Shown here in pieces: positions 53,680 to 64,000 of a stretch of 64,000 nucleotides of DNA. A model generated the notes under the pieces. The model saw nothing but the letters and a program-made list of their open reading frames with translations. It had not been told where the DNA came from and searched no databases. Every line of letters starts with the position of its first letter. The first letter of the stretch is position 1. The position numbers and the translations under genes are program-made. This DNA is from the human T2T-CHM13v2.0 reference genome, Homo sapiens, in the NCBI RefSeq assembly GCF_009914755.1, contig NC_060937.1. One strand, given 5' to 3'.

Positions 53680-56330
53680 TTAACCTCTTTGTTTTTATAT
53701 TGAGTGAATGTTTGTACTTCTCTTTATTGTTTCCTTCTTTTGACTTTCTGTTTATTTATTTATTATTAACTTCCTAAGGGCACGTCTAAATTCTAGTCTT
53801 TATTCTTTTCTAATATAAGCATATGTCTTAACATTTTTTTGAAGTACCAATTTTGCTATATCCTCGCAAGTATTCAAATATAGTATTTCTAGCATTCATT
53901 TACACATACTCAAAATTTTCCGTTACAATATCTTCTTTTACCCCTTTTTCGAGGTTTAAAAATTCCAAATACAGACTTTGGTTTATCTTTTTGTTACTGT
54001 GTTTCTCAAGTTTAGAGAATGTGGCCAGTGTGATATTTCTTTAAAATATAGAGACTTGCTTTATTTTACTTTCTGTAAATATCTCATTTGTGCTTGAGAA
54101 GAACGTATATTTTCTAATTATTGACTGTGTTCTGAATATGTTCAGTAAGTCAAGCTTGCCGTTGTGTTGTTGGAATTCTCTATAGCTATAGCTGCTGGTT
54201 TTTATTCTTTGTTTCCTTGACTTGGCTTTTTTCTTTGTTTGAGAAAGATGTGTTGAACTCCCCTGCCCCCACCTTATGATGGTAATTTCTCAATTTCTTC
54301 CTGCAGTTCTAGCAACATTTGCTTGATACACTTTGAGATACATAAATTTTAGAATTACAGTGATTTGGAATTTCTTTTTCTATATCTTTACTTTTAAATT
54401 TTCCGTAGTCCAGATGTTTTAGGTCTGATTTTTGTGAGCTGCATATGGCTGGTTTTTGCCTGTTTTTTATTGGAAAATTTGACCCACTTTTATTGGGATT
54501 ATAGATATATTTCATTTTGTTTCAATCATCTCACTTGGTACTTTCTATTTGTCTAGATTTTCCTATGCTTTTACCCCTTCCTTCTTGCCTTTTAAATACT
54601 GATTTAAAAAATTTTATTCATTTAATTCATTATTTCCCTGTCTACTGGCTGAAAATTATTACATTCAAAAAAAAAAAAGAAAAGAAAATCATTACATCTA
54701 TTTTCATGCTTGAAATCTTGCTATGCATGCAATTATCCCCTGTTATCCATGGGTGATTGGTTCTAGGACCCCTAAGGATGCCAAAATTCATGGATGCTCA
54801 AGTCCCTTATATATAAAATAGTATAGTATTTGCATATAACTTATGCATATCCTCTCATATGCTTTAAATAATCCCTATTACAATGTTAATGCTATGTAAA
54901 TAGTTGTTACACTATATTGCTTAGGGGATAAAGACAAGAAAAAAAAGTCTGTACATGTTCCGTATAGATGGAACCACTGTAGGCTGAAGTCTATTTTCCA
55001 TCTGTCATTGATTGAATCTATGAATGTGAAACCTGTGGATACAGAAGGCTGACTGTACTGACTTTATCAACACTTCCAATTAATATTTTAGTCTCCTTTT
55101 GAACAATTCAGGTCCTTAGAATGCTTTAGCACTGATCACTTTCTCCCAGCTTACATGTGATTTTCATCCATTATTTCATTCTATCCTTTTGCTTATCATT
55201 ACAAATCAGACACTGCTGTTGATTCAAAAGACAAATACTTCCTTGGATTTTCCCACAATTTAAACAAGTTATTTGCCCACTGTTTCTTCCTGTATTTCAG
55301 TTCCTCCTTCTGAGATAATTTTTTCTTTTTTCTGAATACATCTTTTAGAAGTTCCTCTAGTATAGTCTATTGGTGGTAAACACTCTCAGTTTTTAATTTA
55401 TCAGAATATTTCTTTATTTTGAACTCTTGAAAGATAATGTTTCTGGACATGTAATTCTAGATTGATAATTACTTATTCTCAGCATTTTGAAGATATTTGA
55501 CTGCATTCTTGCTTCCATTATTGCTTCTGAGATATCTACTTACTATCCAAGTGTTAATTCTTAGTGATTTGTCTTTCTACTGTTAAAAAGTCTTTCTGTA
55601 GTGATCAGTAGTTTACTAAGATGTATCTAGATGTAAATTTTTTCTTGTCTTGTTACATAATGTGGTGCTTCCAATGTCTATGAATTCATATCTTTCTTTA
55701 GTACTGGAAAATTTTGTCATTATCTTTTTAACTACTGTCTCTTCTCCATTTTATTTCCTCCTTCTATTAGACTTTTATTTTCCATTCTCCTGTATCTATT
55801 AATGCCTTTTTCCAGTTGAACAGATGGCAAACATCACTTTTGAGTTAACAGAGTAAAGGTTGCATGTATAATTCTCTACACTCTCTCTTCCCTATATTTT
55901 TGCCCTCTATGCTGTATTCTGAATAATTTCTTCACATCGGCCTTCCAGTTCACTGATTTTTTCTTCCACCATGTTTTCTGCTGTTTAATATGTTGATTGT
56001 TTTTTATTTTGACAATTGCTATTTTTTATTTATAAACTATAAATGTTTCATTTTTGATAATTTCCTATAGTTTGATTTTTTTGATTCCATCTAAACATAA
56101 TATGCATAATATTTTATAGTCTATGGGTGGTAATGTAAATATCTGAAGTTCTTGAGTATCCAATTCTGTTGTTTGTTATTTCTGCTGACTCCCACTCTTG
56201 GTGATTTATCTTTTCTTTTTTGGCTTCATGATTTTTTGATTGGGGGCTCATATATGGTTGATCTTAATGTGTGGAAAACCTGGGGACCTAAGTTGAAGTT
56301 GTTTGTTTCTGCTGGAGGCCAGGGTTTTCA
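53680..56330 (-). mobile_element. Highly degraded old L1M fragments
   Basis: Long T-rich stretch with antisense L1M-like motifs (GTAAACACTCTCAGTTTT, GTATTCTGAATAATTTCTTCA, TTCCAGTTCACTGATT). Confidence 0.55.
54730..55055. mobile_element. MER2-like (Tigger/mariner) DNA transposon
   Basis: CCAAAATTCATGGATGCTCAAGTCCCTTATA...GGATACAGAAGGCTGACTG followed by TA. Confidence 0.8.
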
Positions 56331-56796
56331 TTAGGCCCTTGTAGACTCTCTGGCCAAACCATTGTATCTGAAGTCGACTCCCCTCCCTTTGTGCGGGCTA
56401 GGTTAATGTTAACATTTATCCCTGGGGCAATGCTGCCCTTTACCTATTCTTGTAGCTCACCGTTTATTTTTTATTCTTGTGGGTTTTTATTATGAATCAA
56501 TTAGAGTAGGATAGTTTGCATGATTTTAATAAATAATTCAAAAAAATCTCAGTGATTTACAATAATACAAGTTGAATTCTTAGCCATTCAAGGTCTGCTC
56601 CAGGTCAGAATACCTGCATCTACAGCACACCTGTCCTCCATGCCATGATCTACCTGCCCAGGTTACTTTGTTCTTTTGGCTCCACTATCTCAAGGTGAGG
56701 CCTCAACTTCATGGCATATAAGGAAGAGAGAGTGTAGAGAATTATACATGCAACCTTTACTCTGTTAACTCAAAAGTGATGTTTGCCATCTGTTCA
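55817..56796. repeat. 81-bp near-perfect inverted repeat (55817-55897 / 56716-56796), 818-bp spacer
   Basis: TGAACAGATGGCAAACATCACTTTTGAG...CTCTCTTCC reverse-complements 56722-56796 exactly over 75 bp; 80/81 overall. Confidence 0.93.
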
Positions 56797-56920
56797 TTTT
56801 TAACCATACAGAACTAGTTATGTGACTTCCCTCTGCAGGGGACCTGAGAAGTACAGTTTTTCATGTGCCCAAGAAAGAATAAAGAACCAGGTGTCAGGGA
56901 ACTCTAGTAATGCCTGCCAT
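56500..56920 (-). mobile_element. Old MaLR LTR (MLT1J/K-like)
   Basis: AATCTCAGTGATTTACAATAATACAAG...AGAACTAGTTATGTGAC...CTGAGAAGTACAGT. Confidence 0.55.
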
Positions 56921-57303
56921 ATCTTAATTACCGTAAGCCTAGTGATGCAGCAAAAATTGTATATTATGCAGAATTTATTTGTTTCACAGTGAGAGGGCCT
57001 ACCAGACTATCTAGCCTACCATTCTGCTGGATTGGAAATTCCTAGGTTATTCTGATGTGGCACTAAGATTGAGAAGCAATAGGTGTCACAAATCCTATTT
57101 TGACTTTTAAAAAATTTAATTGACTAGTTCTTCTGAGATGTGTGGAATTAGGAGATACTATATAATTTGATTTACCTAAGGGCAAAAACTTGTACTCTTT
57201 AAATTTAATAAATGGAATTTAGTAGATATGAGTTTGGACAGAGACAGAATAGAGTAGGTCATATAAATATAAAGGAAGGTTTTTTAAAAATGTGGATTAA
57301 ACA

Positions 57304-57750
<447 letters not shown>

Positions 57751-58439
57751 TCAGGTAAGCATCAATAGTGATACTCAGGTGAAATAATTAATTCCAGAGC
57801 ATTAAGGATGTGTAACATTAGTGGAATTAGTTCTTTTTAATTTTTATTAAGATGATTAATCTTTTTACTTCTTTTATTGATTAAAAAAACATGTTGTGAT
57901 AGAAGTTTATATATGTTTTTCCCTAGGCTCTGAAATAAGCTAAATTAAGAAGCACAATGAAACAGGTCAAGAGTAACAAAGTTAATTGATATATTTTACT
58001 CCAAACTCTAGTAAGGCTTATTAGGATCTCTGTCTCTAAGTCTAATGTGAGTTACAGAGTTTTGAATAATTGCCCTGTATGCAGCTGGAAGAAACAACTT
58101 AAACAGGAAAGAAATGTATTATGTCACAACACTATTAAGGAAGCAAATATAGAGTTACTAGTGTTTAAATCTATTTTCAGTATTTTAAAATTATATGTTG
58201 CATAAAAATACTAAACTCAAAGCAGCTTATCGAGTCTCTCTTTGTCTGAGCAGCTGCCAAGGGCTAATGATTATAATTAGTATTATTATTGTTAATAATA
58301 ATAATAATTAATAAAGTCTATCTTAAAATGTGATGCTTTAAAAAATAATATTGAAGATGACAAAGTATATATTTCTCCCTCAATAAAGTTTAAGATTGTA
58401 AAACTACATCATAATTATTGTTTCCAACAAAGCATATCG

Positions 58440-58781
<342 letters not shown>

Positions 58782-59230
58782 TAAAGAAAATACTTATGAA
58801 AAATACATCAAATTCTTTGGGAAAAGAGATGCTATCTGAATAGAGGAAAAGTTATGATTATTCTAACATCTGTACTAACTGCAAGAGAGAAAGACTTGTT
58901 CTTTTCATTATATGCATTTATATGAAGGTTTGAGTTTTCTAGAAGTTAATTATATTTTTTAGTAAAATTGACCTCAAATTTTAAAGATATTGTTTCCCAA
59001 AGTAAATTGTGGTATAGGATTCTGCAGATTTCTTAAATAATGACCAACTAAAAGGAAAAGGTTTTTGTTGGCACTTAACTGTGGTATAATAAAAGGTAAC
59101 ATGAGCGATACCTCATGCCTTGCACTGATGCAGTGTCCAACATGTTTGGGCTCACTTACTGATCCAAAAGCCCTAGGAGGAAGTCACCGTGTTTGACTGC
59201 TGAGGACGGAGGCTTGGAGAAGTTAGGTGA

Positions 59231-59505
<275 letters not shown>

Positions 59506-60710
59506 GTCTTCCTTTTCAACTCAGTGTTGTGCTACTTCTCAGGGAGAAAGTCATTGAACTACACTATTGATATATCATCGCTCTTTTTAAAACTAAACTC
59601 CCACCCCAACTAATGAATTTTCAGTGGGATAATAGGTAACATCTGAAATTGGAAAAGAATTGTATACTTTTAGATCTGGGAGAAATCTTTGAGAGTATTT
59701 ATTAACTTTACTTTTAAAAAGGAAATAAAACAAACCCAGAGACTTGAAGTTTTTGCATTGGATCCAGCAATAGAACCCAGATCTACTGACTCCTAGTTAC
59801 GTACTTTCTTCTAAGTGAAGATTTTACCTTTTTTTAAAAAAAAAAAACATCAATTGTTGTTTAGGCTTTAATAATTTAGCATACTCTAAGATAGACTAAT
59901 AAAAACAAAGCCTAGCATGTTAGATTGTTAATGATGAAAGTCTTGTTTATTTCTTACCAAATAATCATGAAGCTACATTTCCTACCTCCAACACTTTCTT
60001 TTTTCTTATCTGTCTTTACTAATTAATTCTTGTAAAATGTGCATCCAGTTTCTTTAAATGGGAAAGTGACAAGAAGGTGAGTCTACTGCTTTTATTGATG
60101 ATAAACAGTGATTTAAAAATAAATGCCCTACATGTGCCTGAAAATGTCTTTGGGAAACGTTTTACCTCCTGGGTATTCTGTTGGAAGACTTTGGGAGATT
60201 GGCTCCGTAGCTTGTGGTCACCAACCTGATGGCCTGGTAACAATATTTTGGGGGCCAGTCTGTACCTCACACTTCTGTGTCAATTTATTCACCAGAGGCA
60301 TCGCTTCTCTGGGCTGTGTTGTAAGAAGGTTTTTCAATTGACCATTGCCCCATCATAAGCACCCTAGCAGACGCTGTCTTATTATAGCTTATGGTAGCTA
60401 CCTTTCTGTAGTCCTGTTCTAGCTCTCCTGTGACAGCAACAGCAGCTCTGGGGTTTGATGACATCCACGGTTAGGCAGCAATATCCGCCATGCCCCATGG
60501 GAAAGTCTCAACTCTCATTGTGGAAGTAGCATAGAGATCGCTGAAGTGTGGACTCATCATTTCCAGTGGTTTCTTAATTGTGGGATAGAGAGAAGACCAA
60601 CAGCTTTGATAGCAGAGGAGCAGGGAGAAGAGAGGGAAACTAATATTTATAGGGCACCTGCTCAGGGCCAGCGACATGCTAGGGTCAATTATTGAATCTA
60701 GATATAATCT

Positions 60711-60760
60711 CCATTTTATGGATTGAAGAATTCCATTTTATGGATTGAAGAATTCCATTT
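60711..60760. repeat. Perfect 22-bp tandem duplication within a MIR
   Basis: CCATTTTATGGATTGAAGAATT x2 plus CCATTT. Confidence 0.9.
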
Positions 60761-61651
60761 CTGAGAGGTCAGGTAACTTGTCCGAGGTTACCCAATTTAC
60801 TTGGGCAGACCTGAGATTCAAGTCCATGTGGCCAGCTTTGGGCCTGATTGTGCTAGGACCCTCACAGTTCTGCTGAGCCTGCCCGGCTGCATTTCCCAAG
60901 CTCCAGGTCAGGTGGCTTCTGCATTGGCTGGGTTAATAGGAGACACTGGTTGGAGCTTGGCAGGAAGGGAGAAGCCAGTGAATCTCTCCCTTTCATTCTC
61001 TCTCTTCCATGGCTTTGCTAGGCCCATCGGGGTCCTGCTGCACCAGGTGACTGTGAAGGCCACTCACCCCTCTCGCGCTTTCTTCAGGTTGGTGGCAGTT
61101 TCCTGGTGTTGCTAATCCCTGAATTGCTTTGCTCAGCTCTTCCATCCCCTCTGTAGCCAAGCTGTTTATTAAATTCTCCAAGAGGCTTCTGGTTCCCTAG
61201 CTGGACCCTGACCTCTATTCCAAGTTTACTTAACTCTAAAGGTGGTATTTTAAAAGAAATCATCTGGCTTAAGTCCAAGGGCTGCCATTTATTACTTCAA
61301 TTCTTTTTCTTTAAAATTGAGCTACATTTTTTGCTTTCTTTTCCCCCCAGGATTGTCTGAGGTGCAAATGAGATAATGTAGGGGAAATCTTCGCAGTAAA
61401 GTGACGTGTTATTGTATGTTTCTTTCCATGAAACTAATAACATATACACAAAGCCCTGGACTTTGGCCAAGACTTTCTGTCTATAGTCTTCTGCCAGGTG
61501 GGGTGGGGGTGGAGTTGAAGATGACTGCCACCTGAGTCTCCCCCATAGGGATTTCAGTTGTCTTGGACGTGGTGTGGCCGACCCACATTTTCAGAAGTCT
61601 CCAGGTGTTCCTTATTTGCAGTCGGAGTGTGAATCAAGCACTGCTTTACCT

Positions 61652-61820
61652 CAGTGGTTTTCAAAGTGTGCTCTGCAGACCAACAGCATCACCTGGAAAC
61701 TTGGTAGAGATGCATATTCTGGGCTTCACGCCAGAGCCACTGACTCACAGCCTCTGGGGTGGAGCCCAGCACCCTGCATTTAACAAACCCTCCAAGGGAG
61801 CCTGATCCCACTGAAGTGTG
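61652..61820. mobile_element. MER5A
   Basis: CAGTGGTTTTCAAAGTGTG...CAGCATCACCTGGAAACTTG...GCATTTAACAAACCCTCCA. Confidence 0.78.
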
Positions 61821-62748
61821 GGTGCGGCAGAGTGAGGTGGATGTGTCATACTTCAGCCTCGGAAGTTCGGCCGCCACGGCCTTTCCGTCCTCTCTCCCCT
61901 GCAGTCCCCGGTTTGCAAAGCGGAGCTTCCGGGCACCTCAGCCACAGTTCCTCTTTGCATTGCCGCTCCCTTGTGCGCGTTACTACCTATGTGGCTGTCT
62001 TGGCTGCTGCTTTCAGCAAACCAAATTTGGATGTGGAAATGGGATTTATTTGTGCAACACCTAGTTATTAAGCACCCACTGTATACTAGAAACCATGAAA
62101 GGCCCTGACGGTGTGAAGTCAAAGGAGGTAAGGGTCTCTGCCTTTCCAGTGCTTGTCATCTGAGGAGAGACAGAAAAAGCTCAGCAATTTTGGAAAACCA
62201 TAATAAATGCTATGAAACACTGCTTGCTCTAGCTTGTTCTCGAAACATAAGAACAGCACAATTATTGCTCTTAGGACAATGACTGCAAGATTTATTGATA
62301 ACAGGTTTTCTTTTTCAAATAATGAAGATAAAATTAACGTACAATACAGAGAAAGACCAGTTCATCAGACATGTAGTAACAAGGGTCAGTATGTCCCCAG
62401 AGGGGCAGAACCTGAAGTGAGACCCTTAAGAGTCACAGCCCTAGCCAGGCTGGCCCCAGGCATTGAGGGAAGTTCCAGCAAAGGAGGCACTATGTATATG
62501 GGCCCTTGGCGAGGTCATGGGGTTATGGTAACTCACAGGTGCGTCAGCTGAGTTAACCCAAGAACTAGAATTTGGGAGGCAAGGCCTCTGATTGCAGAGC
62601 AAATGAAACTACGAATCCCTTGCTTAGTAGCACAACTATTCACTTGAGCAATAATTAGGAAGGCGAGTTCCTTTAAAAATGAACATATGATTTGGGACAT
62701 GGTCTGAATTGGAGAAAGCTAGCAATTTTGAAGTGGTAGTGTTGGTTC

Positions 62749-62768
62749 TCTCCACAAGAGGGCGCCTC
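62749..62768 (+). promoter_or_regulatory. Candidate CTCF site
   Basis: CCACAAGAGGGCGC at 62752-62765 fits the CTCF core CCASYAGRKGGCRS at all but one position. Confidence 0.6.
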
Positions 62769-64000
62769 TATTCTTTGTTTTTATTTTCTATCTGGAAGCA
62801 ACAATTTATGTTTATTACTGGCACAGAATAAACAGAAGAGTGACTTATGTTTTGCTGTTTGCAGAGCTGACTTCATGTAAAATTTGGACAGTTTTATTAC
62901 ATTCCAAACAGTTACAGTTTTTTTCCGTCAGGACTTTGGGATATGTGGTTAGCACTGTTTCTTTTAACAGTATCCTTATAATACATGAGCTCTATGCTAT
63001 TTAGATTATCTGTAAAAATATCTCGTTCATTAGTGCCCATGAAAAAGATGTCAGTAAAATAGCCCCCTCCAAAATATGCTTCTGCATATTTGAAAGAATA
63101 TTTACATAACACAGAAAGCAACTGGTTGCTTCACTTAAAATAGTGAGACAATTGAATGATACATTTGCTTATTGCAGCACTATGGAGACATTACCACTAA
63201 CAAGTTCAGACAAGTATCATGACAGTTTCTCAGATCCCATCCAGAAATAAGAAAAGGGCTGCCTGTCCCAGAGATAGGCCTGGGGATGAGGTGGACACCA
63301 GTGAGGATGAAGACATCTGAAAATCAAAAAGTGGTGGCTTTTGAACTTAGTGTGAATTGCAACATAAATAATCAACTAAGCAGATAAGAGAGCATAAAAG
63401 CAGAACTGAAATTTTAATGGCATTGAACAAAAGTGTGTGAAAGTCACAGGCCCTGCGGCCCAGGGCCCCGTTATGCCTGGTGGTATGATACAGTGGCAAA
63501 GGGAGATGCAATTTTTTGAGATTCTTGCAATTTTATGCTTTTCTGGGAAATAATTCTCTTTCTCTCACCCAGCCTTTCCCCCTGTACCCCCACCCCCACA
63601 ATCTTTTTGCTGCTGAACTAATATGACTTTGGGAGGGGATATCTGGGTTAGCATTTAAGTTCTCTACAAAGGTTAGAAATATAATATTAAAACTTTTGAG
63701 ACTAATGATTTTGCTTCACCTTGCTGTGAGAGTTTCTTTCCTTGTGAGAGGAAGAAGACGTGGAAAAAACAAAACAAAACAACTTTCTGGGCTATGCTAT
63801 TATGTTAAGCATTTCCCCTAAAAGTCTCATATGTAGATTAAAACGCTCAGCCTTTAAATTAATGTGACCAGGCATTCACATGGCTGATTATGTCGACAAG
63901 CTTGGCTGTGCGAAGATTTGGGGGTCTGGAGTTTATTTCTGTGGATGTAATCAACAGAGATCATGAATGAGAGGAATGGCTGTGGAGCTCTCAGAGTTTC

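Overview
Human (primate) genomic DNA, recognisable as the MICU2 5' region (chr13q12.11, MICU2-FGF9 interval). MICU2 runs on the - strand: coding exon 1 is at 28265-28474 in a CpG-island promoter, and 1-28264 is intron 1. A full-length processed RPS7 copy with an open 200-aa frame (probably RPS7P10) lies at about 52727-53388 (-). The rest is repeat-rich: about 30 Alus, a solo LTR10 with TSD, a HERV-I env plus 3' LTR10 fused to a 5'-deleted L1PA, a solo LTR12, MaLR/ERVL LTRs and MER DNA transposons. Most ORFs in the track are repeat-derived. The most notable observations are local sequence-copying events: (1) an AluSc plus about 145 bp of its own 5' flank (source 48365-48802, -) was retro-copied with a new 11-bp TSD into the L1 about 34 kb away (14764-15193, +); (2) an 81-bp segment of an old MaLR was copied inverted, 80/81 identical, about 0.8 kb away (55817-55897 vs 56716-56796); (3) more weakly, two AluY copies share a rare variant and 5' flank. 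Repeat subfamily names come from recalled consensus sequences and need RepeatMasker/Dfam confirmation. No new protein-coding system is supported.
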